Assembly (NCBI GenBank): GCA_028534125.1 | Contig: CM052816.1 | Coordinates: 23,252,001 to 23,316,000, forward strand | Origin: Lama glama | Lineage: Eukaryota | Reading direction: 5' to 3' | DNA: 64,000 bases | Shown here: piece after piece, positions 37,696 to 49,700 of the stretch | Position numbering within the stretch: the stretch's first letter is position 1 | How the letters are laid out: each line of letters starts with the position of its first letter | Program-made: the position numbers and the translations under genes | The notes under the pieces: generated by a model | Seen by the model: only the letters and a program-made list of their open reading frames with translations | Told to the model about the DNA's origin: nothing | The model's database searches: none

Positions 37696-40298
37696 CTGCA
37701 GCAAGAGAAAGACAGTACACAATAAAGTGAGTTTTTTTCTTTCTTTTTAACCACGAATTTAGGATAAATCAAGTCTATGCAAACCAGACATATGTATTTG
37801 ACAAACTAGTGAAACATCCTCCTGTCTGGTGCAAACTAACACAGCAAGTTCATGTCAAATATTACCATCTGTAAAGTGACTAAATGGTAGTATAGTGATA
37901 AGAGTACTTTTCTTATATTAAGAATTAAATGATATCCTAAACCAATTTGGAAAAATATTATTGAGACAAATGCAATTTACATAAATCCCAAAGGCAATCA
38001 CATTTCTGTTAAATATAACATGATTAATCTAATTCATTTTACTCAACACAGAAGGGATCTACTTCATCATACGGATGGTTTCCCTTCTCACATGGTTGCA
38101 AAGCAAATGCTGAGTATTAAACATTAACGTTGTGAAAACCAAACATAAATGTTTACATTCACGACAGTTCACGAAGAAACTGCTATCCCCATCTGCTTTG
38201 GCATCTAATATACGAATGAGTAAAAACTGCTTCAAGAAAATAGGAACAGTAGGATAATTAATTTTTATATGTTCCCAGAACTTTGTTACTAAGAATGTTC
38301 TCAGATTAAATCATTGCCTCTTTTCTAGTGAATTAAAAAATTAAATTTTCTAGTCTCTTACTGTTAAGAAAGTATTGTATTTTGCAAAGTTGTGCATACT
38401 TAAAGGGAAGAATTTAATATGTCAATACCATCAGAAATAAATGGTAGAATTACACCATTACCCCAATTAAGAAGAATCTGCAATAGAGATTGATGATGCA
38501 TTCATTCATAACAAGGTATATTATTTAAATACATTTTTTAAATATTCAATAAAACAGAAACAAAATCAAGGTCTTTTTCTGAGGTTGGTATTGATGGTGT
38601 TGAGGTGGGGGAAGAAGCAGATTATAAAATGCAGCTGCAGGAGGAATATTCTGAGAAAGCTAAAATCGCATTAAATCTGCATTAATACAGCATCCTTTCC
38701 TTTTGTCAAGGGAGGATACATACCAGTGTCAAGAAGCAGACAAAACAATGCATTAGCGCAAAACTGTGATCAGCAAATCAAAGTTGATTCAGGGAGAAGT
38801 AAAGAGACTGTCTCTAGATGAAAGAGGTGGCCATCACAGGAAATTCTCAAAATACAACAAAGGTATGGCAGCAGTTTACTAAGCAGGAGCCATGAAAAGA
38901 CCTGGGAGTGCTGGGGTAAAGAAAAAAAAAATCTCTCCATCATGTACAAATGAGGAGAAAACTTAGAGAGGAAGCACAGAGTGGTTCTGAAATGATAAAA
39001 GGCACCTCTATTTCTATCCCTAGTGTCTAGCTTGTTTCTTGGCAAATACAATAAACTCAATAAATAGTAGTTAAATGACCGAATGCATTAGTATCTAGTT
39101 GTTCTTCGGTTATTTCGAACCTTTGTAACTGGGATAATACAAATTCGTCAATCTAAAATAAAAGCCAGGGGTAGACATAATGGCAAGGCTCAATAATCAT
39201 GTATTTTAAAATAAGAGTCAAAAAATAAGATTTCATACTCTGTAATTGGTAGTCTCAAGTACCCACACTTACCAAAATATGCTCACATAACTCCAAAAAC
39301 GGAGGATAAATGACTCTGGAAAGATTATGCCATTTAACTGGTGGCAAGTACCTGAAGTACCACTGGTGGGATGGAGATGGATGGGTAACGTGATAAAACA
39401 GAGCAGAGCTTTCTCTATCCTTTTCAAGGACAGGAAAGCCAGGGAGCTAATTGGGTCACCAGGAGAAAGCTGTCTATTTTTAATTGCCCTCCTAGGTCCA
39501 TTCACAGAGTTTAGAATTCTACATTCAGCTTTGATGCTGTATATTTTGTGATAAAACAACTCTAGCCAAATCCAATACACAGAGGGTTGTCAGAAAGGGA
39601 AAAAAATGATGTTTTTAATTATAGTGGAAGACTGAATGAAGCATTTTAGTGAAAAAGCCAGAATCTTTAAGTATTCCAATGCTGTCAGAAGTCACAATCC
39701 ATTTCACAGAACTTTAAATAATTATAATCATCCGATTCATGTAATACTTAAGCAGAATTTTTTGTTTTTGTTGCTGTTGTTTTAATTTCTAGCTAGAGAC
39801 TCAAAAAAAGACCTGGCTTACACAATACTGTTAAGTAAAGAACATATCAATTTACACTATTGTATTTGGCATATAGAGTTAGGAAGACAATTTCTTTTGA
39901 AAAATAAATTCATTTAAGAGATATACTAATCTGAAAGATTCACATAAAATGATGAAATAAAGACAAAAGTTTTAATTGTACAACAGTTTTGAAAACAAAA
40001 TATGTATAGGTAAATACTTGCAATTTTTTTTTACAGACACGAAAAATTATATTTCAGGTTACTGCCATATTCTGTTAAAGAATAAAGGAAATTCATATGT
40101 AATTATAAAACTGTTTCTTATGCCAATTGTACTTCATGATTCTGTGTGTTAAACTTTATAGCATGCTGGCAAAATACAGAATCTAAGAACTGGTAAAGCA
40201 TTTAAGTTTCATGTTGTTTCCAAGTTTCTCCTCTACTGGACGACAGATTGATCCATCCACAGCTTGTAACTGTTTTCAAATTTTGGTGCATGTGTACG

Positions 40299-40322
40299 TG
40301 TGTGTGTGTGTGTGTGTGTGTG
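40299..40322 (+). repeat. (TG)12 microsatellite within a 48-bp alternating purine/pyrimidine tract
   Basis: Read directly from the sequence. Confidence 0.95.
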
Positions 40323-40579
40323 CACACGTGCACGGTGAGATGTGCATTTTGTGGAAAAAAACAAAATTCTCATCAAATTTTTCAAACAGTGCATTGCACA
40401 AAAAGTCTATGACCATTGGCCTGACCATTTTACTTTATACGTTAGTTAATGGTTGCATACATATTTTAAATGAGTCTCCCAAGAACACAGTTTCCTAGTG
40501 GCGGCCACGGATTCAGTGTTGCTCCGCTCACGTGTCTCATTCATTACTAAAGGATTTACATATTTTTCTCCCATGTCTG

Positions 40580-40940
40580 GGAAATTTATTGCCTGATAGC
40601 TCTTAGCCATCAGCCCATTTCTTTAAAGGCCTAGCCTAAACAAAACTTCCTTTCCCAAGGTCACCTTCCCTTCCTGGGACAGCTTGTATCCAAACACTAG
40701 CTGATACCGGGGGTAAAAGGGCCTGGCTTCCTCACTCCAAATGAGGACAACTCTGAAGAGGGTTCCCAGCTTCAATGCCCCCACAAGGTCAGCTGAGGGC
40801 TTGCTGCGACGATACCCTGCCCAATTTCCCCCTGGGCCCACTCCTGCCTCCTTCCCCCTCTCTACACATATATTAATTAAGAAAAACTTGACATTCAACT
40901 TCCTGAATATTAATCTTCCAGGGGAAACCCACTCAAGAAA
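40580..40940 (+). mobile_element. ERVL LTR16-like (LTR16C-type) solo LTR remnant
   Basis: gggggtaaaagggcctggc..ggacaactctgaagagggttcccagcttca..gtcagctgagg..gcccaatttccccctgggcccactcctgcctccttcc..ggggaaaccc. Confidence 0.75.
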
Positions 40941-41359
40941 GTGGTAGACCTGTAACCAGCAACTTCTAAACCTTAGCCTTTGATCTTTCCACTACACTAT
41001 TCATATTCATTTGAACAAGATGTCTACTTTTCTAATGATAAATAAAGAGCACATGAATGATACAATAGATGGAGATTACTTAAAAAAAAGAATAGAAAGG
41101 CAAATGAAATGTTTAAGTATAATAAAAATTGAATATATACTTGAAAACCAGTTGATGCAAGAATGTTGAAAATACTTTAACATTAACTGAGTAGTAGGAT
41201 TATTGCCTTTATAGGTTTTTGCCACATGGCTTGATCTTGGACACAAGACATGGACAAATGGAGTGCTTGAGTTTTTGGTCTGGAATGTTTTGATATAAAA
41301 TGCCTAAAGTGTCACAATTTCAGACCTGTAACGTGTACACTGCAGAATAAAATTCTTCA

Positions 41360-41510
41360 GTTTTTTTAGCTAGTAATGGATATGACAGATTTTCTAGTCC
41401 AAACCCTCCATTTCACAGATGAAGAAATGGAGTTTCAAAGTAGATCAGACTTGCTGAAGACAACCATTGAGTCAGGACTACGTTCTCATCTTTTGAATCT
41501 TAGTGCAGAG
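41360..41510 (-). mobile_element. MIR SINE
   Basis: tctagtccaaaccctccatttcacagatgaagaaatggag..gacttgctgaag. Confidence 0.75.
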
Positions 41511-41590
41511 CTTCCCACGATACTGCGCAGCTGCTCAGTGTCCCACCATCCTCCCTCAGCACATACGTTCTCCCTTTTGGAACGTCTTAC

Positions 41591-41718
41591 CTGACACCGG
41601 CCATTTGCACAGATATCTGATCCCTGATATCCACAAGAAGTTCCATCCATCACTTTTTCTGATAGAAGAACAGGCTGTTCTTTTCCAACAGGAGAGCAAA
41701 ATAAGGCACATGGTTTTT
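41591..41718 (-). CDS. ADAMTS19: ADAMTS19 coding exon, Cys-rich region (EKPCALFCSPVGKEQPVLLSEKVMDGTSCGYQGSDICANGRCQ)
   Basis: 128 nt, phase 1-0; acceptor ctctgtgcgtag|AA, donor CAG|gtaaga; ADAMTS C.L.C...V.DGT.C....IC..G.C pattern. Confidence 0.96.
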
Positions 41719-44199
41719 CTACGCACAGAGTGGATAAAAAGAGATGAGCAAATATTACTCCATAAATATTTTTACCTCAAGCTTTATTTTTCAGAAGAGC
41801 TGTAAGTACACAACAGAATCTGAGTTCACTGAATAATGTAATACTAGGGTAGATAATACCAAAGTGTTATTATGGGTAGTAAATGAGATGATGCCTGGGA
41901 AAAATAGGTATCCAATGAATATTAATTTCCTTCTTAAGAATGACGTCTTCAAATTATTTAAAAAATGTTTCACTTATTATTTTCTGGCACTAAACCTCAA
42001 CCACACAGAAATCAAGCATTCTTCCTGAAAAATATTTTGCATGCTCCCATTTTTTTCCCCATATTTTTTGGCATGAACGCCTTATTTTAAGTACATATCA
42101 GAATTCTGCCTATTTAAGATTTACTTTATTCATGAAGCCTTTCTTGACATCTTACTTCTAAATTCCAATACAGTAATTTTCAGTCCTATGCATTCGGCAT
42201 CTTCTAATTGAAAAATTACTAAAGGGAGAAAGAACAACTTGTAAGATGAACAATTCTTATAAGATTTTCCATTACAAGGATGTTTGGAAATGCAACACAG
42301 TCCCAGGAGAACAGGCACTGGAATGCACACTTGCTGAGTGCTAGCTAGGACTCAGCCCTTTTTATTGCTTACTCGGAAAGCAGTTCATTGTAAATGATGT
42401 TCAGGGTGAGAACCACTGATCAAGGTAAAGAATTCCTAAATGGCTGGCAGTCATCTTCAGTACTTCATTTAAGCAATATGGTAAGATGGTTAGAGTTAAA
42501 ACCCTCGCCTATTAGGCTCAGTCAAAGAGTGGCAAATTTTTTTTAAAAGTGCTGTTTCTATTTCTAAGCATCATGCAGAAGGGCTGCAGTATTTGGTAAC
42601 ACCAGTAGTAGGATTATCCAAATCTGAAACTTCAGAACAATTTCCAGGCTACATTACTACTCTACTGGCTTGACACCAGTCAGGCCCTTTACTGTTTATT
42701 AAGCTCATATAAATAGAATGGAAAATAGTTTACAGTCTCTGACACTGATCTTCGCTTATGTCTTCAGTAAAGTTCCACGTATGCTGATGGGATTCTATAA
42801 ATACCAAATAACAGCCAGAGGCACGGAACAGGGTATCACTTTGCAAAGAGAAGACAGACAGTTAAATGAGCCTTCAGAATTGAACATTTCAAACAGTTTT
42901 CACATGTGGCTTCTGAATACTGCTCTGAACAATTTTGGGGAGTTGGAACGTGGCCTTTAATGTGCATGGTTTTGAAATTTTCCTTTAAGATGCCATTATA
43001 AGCTGCAATAAAGCATTTCAGTGTGCTCTCACACCTCAAAGTAGGTTATGTTTATTCAGCGACTGCTTACTATGTCATATCTTTGGACTTAAAAACAGCT
43101 GCTATAATTGCAACACTTTAATAGTGGTGTATACATATATATATTTATATATAATATAAAAATATAATATAAAAATATAATTCTCTTTCTGGAGTTTTCA
43201 TTGAAGAGAGGAGCAAACCAGATAAATGAATCATGTTGAAAGGAGTTAGTCTAGAAAATTTCATTCACATTCCAAGCAAGAATTCAGATAAAAATCTTTA
43301 CATTTCTCCTCTTACAACATACTGTCATTTCACTGTACTTACTTCAGCTTTACAGATGACATAAACATTTGATACCAATCTTCCTTCCTGAAGTGTACCC
43401 TTGAGATTGTGACATTACAGTGACCCATGTAACATGCCAGTACTTGGCAGGCAGGCTTTGTCTTGATTTAAGAGAACAACCCTTTCCAAGATATGCATTA
43501 AATGTGGATTTCGGCCAAATTTCAGCACAGAGTATGCAAAATACCTGAATGTTAAAGCCATGCATCTTTTTTTCTCTAAAAATGAATGTTCACTCTGGCA
43601 TCGATATCTTATGTTTAATTCTCCTAGCCATAGATTCATGTGTTACATAAGAATAACAGAAATAGCCACTGGTATTTTAAAGTATCAGAGACATGAGATT
43701 TTTAAAAGACTTGTGTATTTCAGGTTCTTCCATACTGCTCTAATACATAACAACTATTGCTGTGTGTTTTATTCATCATACAGACTGATGTGTTTGATCC
43801 ATACATGCTGCAAAATTATCAAAAAATGTTACCTTGATAATTATATAAACATCTATTAAGGATCATTCTGACAATAAACAATTTATAAGAGTTTGAAGCT
43901 TCCTCAGTTGTGATTTCCAAAAGCGTTAATATTTTCGATTGTCCCCAATACAATTCTGACTTTAAAAAAAAAAATCTGGATGAAACCTGTATCCTCTTAC
44001 TTCATGTATGAGTAAAAAGGTTTCAAATGAATTAATATTATCAAATCGAACAGCCAGTGAGAAGCAGAGATAGGATTAACTCATGATCAGACGATGATTT
44101 TCATGATCTGAATTGTCATACTGATTTTATTTTTACAATGGAAAAATAGTGTTTATATATTCAAATTGATGCAACAAATAATCATCAGAAGCTTAATAA

Positions 44200-46710
44200 C
44201 TGCCAGAGAATACGCTAGGCAGAGACGATAAAAGGAGCAGAGACCCATCAAAATCTGCTACAACAGGGTGCTTGTGCAGGACCTGGAAGGGGAGCCTGTC
44301 CAGTATGAGAGCTCAGGGACTCTTTTTCCCTAGAGAACTTGACATAAACTGAGTCCAAAAAATCAGCAGAAGTTTTCAAGGTAAATAAATGGGGGAAGAG
44401 ATTAAAGCTTGAAAAAGAAAGGATATTATGCCAAGAAACGTGCATGTTTACAGGCCCAGAAGTAAGAAAACATGATGTATATGAGGGATGAAATAAAATT
44501 TGACCTGGCTGCACTGGAGACTACAGAAGGGAGTGACGGAGATGAGGCCAGGGAAGTTACAGGGGGCAGGCCACAAAAATGGTCTCATAAACCAGGTAAT
44601 AAAGTTTGAGATTGGTCCTGACAGCAATGATATTCATGAAAGGGTATTATTTGGCACAGCAACTGACAGATCTAGCCTTCAAAGAGGCCAGTCTGGCTGA
44701 AATGAGGCACAGGGGCTGGAGGAGGGTGAGACTGCACTCAGAGAGACGGTGAGGAAGCTCTTTAAGGAATCCAGGTTAGACGCGGTGCAATTAACAAAGA
44801 TGCTGGCAAAACAAGACAGGTTTGGACAAACAGGGTTTGCTGACTGATTACAGGTGGATGAGACTGAGGCAGAAGGAGTCTGGCTTAGCTTGGTAATGAA
44901 GTTGATCATGATGCTCTTCTCTGCAAGAGAGCATAGTAAGAGAAGCAGATGGCGGGAGTGAGCGAAGGAAAAGGGTATGTTCAACTTGGACCACGTTGAG
45001 TTGGAGATGAATGGGATGCTGAGTTCATGCACCACATGGATCAGCTAAGGAGCTCAAGACAGAGAGATCTGGGCTGGAGATAAATATTCCTGTTCCTTTA
45101 GCACTGGGATAATAAATAAAACTAGCAAATACATAAGATTATCCCAAGGAGAATGCTCAGTGAGAAGAGGGGCCAGGAGAGATGACTACAGAAAATTCCT
45201 GTAAGACACCACATTTATTCACCTAATATGTATTAAGTGTCTACTCTGCTCAGGTACTGTTTACAGCGCTAAGACATAGCGATGCATGAAGTACATGTTC
45301 TGCTCTTACAATTATTACTGGGGGGGGCATATAATAAATAAAGTATGAAATGTTGTGGTAGATGATTATAAGTTCTGTGAAAAAAGAAGCAAGCAGGGAA
45401 GGTAAAGCATTGAGTTAATATTTAAGAAAAGACCAGAAGGAGGTGAGAGAATAAATGATACCCGTATCTGGGAAAAGTGTTTGACCAGGGAAAACATCTT
45501 CCAACACTAGGTTGGAATGTACCTGACTTACTCTAGGGAGAGCACCGGAGCCGGCGTGGGCGGAAGGGTGTGACGGGGCAACAGTACAGCTGAAGTCAGA
45601 GGGTCACAGGGAGCCCGAGGGCGGAGGTCCATCCAGGCCATCAGAAGAATTTTGGATTTTTAGTGAGCTGGGAAGGTACTGGAGGGTTTTGAGTGGAAGA
45701 ATAATATGACATGACTGACATTTTAAATGTATCCCTCTGGCTATGTTGAGACTGAAGGAGACCGGAGGACACAGGCATAAGGAGCAGTCAGAAGGCTACT
45801 ACCACCACCCAGGTAAGAGACAGTGGCTTACACCAGGGTGGCAGCTCTGGAGATACCGGGCAATGATCCGATTCCGGATGTATCTTTAATCTGACCTTAC
45901 TGATGTTATGAATGTATAGTAAAAGAGAAAGAACAGAAAAAAGTAAGACTCCAAAGTTTCTGGTCTAAGCACCTGGAAATGGAGAATTGACATTTATTAA
46001 AAGGATCGCGCAAACAGAAGACTGTGTTATTATTATTTTCTCTCGGTTGAGGGAATAGTACGGTTGGAGGCCACGTGGAGGCGGAAGCATGACACGTCTG
46101 AGGCTATAAAACAAGGGCAGTATCTTCAGTGCAGGGTGAATGGGGGTGAGGTTTTAGAGGAGGCAGGGGACAGCAGAAGGCATCAGGCTAAGCAGGGTCC
46201 TGGTGAGCATGTCACACCGTGCGATTTGGTCTCTACCTGAAGAATTATGGGAAACCTTTGAAATGTTTTACGGGAGGAGACTGATATGATCCAACTTCTG
46301 TTTTATACAAAGATCTCCAGGCTGCTCTACAAAGGGTGGACTGAGGCAGGGAAAGAGAGGAAGCAGAAAGACTCCGGCGGAGCCAATGCGGTAGCCTGAG
46401 CAAGAGACTCTGAAACTGGAGGTTAGAAGAGTGAGAGTGGAAACAGATTGAGGAAGTAAAATAGATAAGCACGGTGATGGATTAGATTTGTGAGGGAGAA
46501 AGATGGAAATCTAGGAATGACATACATCTCTGGCTCATCTCATGGAAAAGCTGGCATAACCTTCACTGAGATAGGGGACACCAAAGATGATCAGAATGGA
46601 CATGGACTGGAAGGACTATGACCATGAGTGTAGGCTGAAATTTGCAAATATCCAAGTAGAAATATCAAGTAGGAAGTTGTACACACATGTTTGAAGTTCA
46701 AATATCCCAT
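44200..46710 (-). mobile_element. Cluster of L2 fragments
   Basis: Repeated reverse-L2 motifs: gagagatctgggctggagataaat, atttattcacctaatatgtattaagtgtctact, gggaaggtactggagggttttgag, aaagatctccaggctgct, atatccaagtagaaatatcaagtagg. Confidence 0.75.
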
Positions 46711-46714
46711 GGTC

Positions 46715-47070
46715 TGGATATACCTCACTTTGCTAACCACTCAGCTACTCAGATCCTTTCTGGTTGTTTCCAGGGTTCAGCTACTGAAAACAAAGCTGCT
46801 CTGAACGTTTCTGTACAGCATTTTTTGTGGTTGTAAGTTTTCATTTCTCAGGGATAAATACCCAAGGCTGTGTTTTCTAAATTGTATGATAAGGATGTGC
46901 TTAGTTATTTAAGAAACTGACAAGCTATTTTTCAGAGGGGCTGCAACATTTTACATCCCAGCCAGCAATGCAAGAGAGATCTAGGTTCCCTGGACCCTCC
47001 CCAGCATTATGCACCGTCTCTCTTTCTTATTTTAGTTGATTTAACTAGTGTATAGTAACACCTCTGTATC
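46715..47070 (-). mobile_element. Old L1 fragment
   Basis: ggttgtttccag..aacaaagctgctctgaac..ttttcatttctcagggataaataccc..cattttacatcccagccagcaatg. Confidence 0.8.
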
Positions 47071-47250
47071 TTAAAAATATACACTTTTAGTCAGCGCTTG
47101 TGGTTGTTATATGTCAGTAAAGGCAGAAAAAAACAGAGCTCTTAAATAACTAAAATATAACCTATAAAATAACATTTACCACTACTGTAGAGCATTTTGC
47201 AAACCTACAAGTCTACGTCATTAAGAAGGTGGAGATCTGGTTGGTCATAC

Positions 47251-47423
47251 CTTCATCCAGGACAGCTTGCCACTGAAGCACCTGCTTTGGGTACGAAGTT
47301 CTAACACTATAGGCCTGACATTGCCAGTCTCTGAATCCAGGCAAACCTGCAGGACAAGGTGGATTCTCACATATTCTGTATTGTTTTCTGGGACCATTAC
47401 AATCCCTTGCTTCAGAACCTAGC
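47251..47423 (-). CDS. ADAMTS19: ADAMTS19 coding exon, end of TSR1 and start of Cys-rich region (LGSEARDCNGPRKQYRICENPPCPAGLPGFRDWQCQAYSVRTSYPKQVLQWQAVLDE)
   Basis: 173 nt, phase 2-1; acceptor tcttttctag|G, donor AAG|gtatga; lies inside ORF-track entry 47213..47449(-). Confidence 0.97.
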
Positions 47424-48323
47424 CTAGAAAAGATAGTACAAACAATCAATTTTATCTTTTTTTTAATGTTAACTATTCATTTTCCAAAAAATAATTAAAA
47501 GGCATTATATAAATAAGGTATAATTCTTTATATTAAATCTACTTTTGAAAATGTGGACATATTAAATGACTGGTAATAGTAGGAAAGCTGTATGTTTATT
47601 TAAAAAACACACTTTTCCTATCCTCAACCCATTTAATTTCCAAAAGACATGAGGAATCAAAGTCTATTTGTCATGAAAATGATACAGAAGGGTAAAGGGC
47701 AGAGGCTGCGGGCAGAATAGAAAGACTACACTTTCCACGAAGGAGTGTGGGTCTAAGAATCATGAAGGAGATGCTTCTAAGGTTTTCACGTACATTCTTT
47801 CAACTTGCTTGTTAAGGAACTGGGCCACTGAGCCCACACCAAAGTCAGAGCATAAAGCTGGCATGATCTTCTCACATGTTTCCTAGGATCACTCTGGAGT
47901 GATGGGACTGAGCAAGCTGATCATGGGACACTCCTGATCTGTCCACAGGCTCAGCAAGGTTTCATCCATCCTGTTCCCTCTCCCTCTTTCTGAAGTCCCA
48001 TCAGCTCCCTGCTCCTCTCACAGTTCCTTTAAATGCTGAGTTTTTCTAGTGCCTTCTTCTCTAGACACAACGTTTTATTTGATTTGCACTCAACAAACCA
48101 ACCTGTGTAGCATTTAATTATCTGTTCTTAGAAGGGTTGGTCTTAATTTCTTCGTAAAAGGGAGTTTTCATATAAAATAACTCGCGGGACTTTTCTGTTT
48201 GCCAATGTGGAGGAGGGTTGGAGAAGTTTCTTTGGTTCCCAACATGGTTATCAGTAAAACCTTTCAATTTCACAATTAAAGGGAAAAGAATGCCCTCCCC
48301 CAATCCAGGAACTTTGCGTTTAC

Positions 48324-48454
48324 CCAGGACATTTGCGCTCTCGACTGCTGATCCCAGAACTGCAGGTTCGGCTACAGGGACTCCACGCGCTCCACTCTCC
48401 GGCCACGAGTCCAGGTGCTGGGGTCCTGCTGGTACACTCTCCAGCCTTACACCA
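48324..48454 (-). CDS. ADAMTS19: ADAMTS19 coding exon, end of disintegrin-like domain and start of TSR1 ([44 protein letters not shown])
   Basis: 131 nt, phase 0-2; acceptor ttttggaatag|TGG, donor TGG|gtaaac; thrombospondin type-1 motif [11 protein letters not shown]. Confidence 0.96.
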
Positions 48455-49479
48455 CTATTCCAAAAGTTATGTCTTAGGTGAACAAATCAGGGCACAACGG
48501 AAAATCATTCACTGGCCTACAGAGTCAGCGGAATTGCGATTACATCAGGTCTGCTAGAGCCCCAAACAGGTGGAATTGAAAAAGATCAAAAATAAGTTGG
48601 CACTTGCTTATTGTCATAGTAATACACGGCTCCAGTCCCCCCAGTTCTCACGTCAGATCACACAGTCTTGTCGTAAAAACAGCGCACAGATACACGGACT
48701 AAGCCCTGAGAATTCAGTCCTTGTGATGGAGGTGGGGTGGAGAGGGAATCTGGAGTGGCACGGCCAGGGAAGAAAAACTAACACATTCTAAGAAACATAA
48801 CCATTTCAAAGACAGGAACAAAGAAAGCATAGGGTCCTAGAGAAGAAGAGTTGGTAAGACATAAATCTCTTTCTATAACTACAGTGAAAGATATTTTAGC
48901 AAACCTAGCAATTTTGATTTGAAATGTCAGTGACTCAATTACAAGGTACTCTCTTTCCCTGTAATTGAAAAAGCAAAAGACTATGACTCAGTTTTAGCAC
49001 TTTCCTTTATATTGTTTTTCTTTTTTTCTGAGAGTTTCCATCACATTCAAGCATTAATATTAGAGCAAATTTTCTTTTGAAAGCTATTTGTTTGAAAGAC
49101 TTGAACAATTAGACTCTTTGAAATTCTGTCATTTTATTCCAATTATCCTGTAACTTATTTGGGATCTATCAACTGAGAAAGCCATGAAAGAAGAGAAAGG
49201 AGTGTGCTCATTCTCTTTTTTATATTTATTTTAACATTCACATTACACAAAAGCAGCCAAAGAGGCTGTTTTGTGGTCTCCAAGGAATGATGGCCAGGAC
49301 TTGGTGGACAGACTATTATAATTTCTTCTGATTCCTGGAAAATCAGGTAATCATGGTCATAGCAGACATATTAAAGGTAAAAATTAATTGAACAGAATCA
49401 TGTTGGAAATAGTAGATAAAGTTTAGAAAAAGTCAGATTAATGATTGCTTAATGACAAGGGCTGGGCAATCTGATCCTG

Positions 49480-49700
49480 CCAGTACTAGACAATTTTCTG
49501 CACTAATGGCAACATGATTTATGAGGGGTTTTTGAAAGCATTACAGAAACTCTCTGATCCTTAGTTTTCCCATTTCAAAATGTGAATGATAATCATATTT
49601 ACCTAGTAGACTTTGCAGAGGTTGAATGAAACACTAGGCACAAAGTACAGCCCATACCGAGGACCTAATAAAGGTTAACTACAATAAAAATACTAACAAC
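49480..49700 (+). mobile_element. MIR SINE fragment
   Basis: actctctgatccttagttttcccatttcaaaatgtgaatgataatcatatttacct. Confidence 0.6.
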
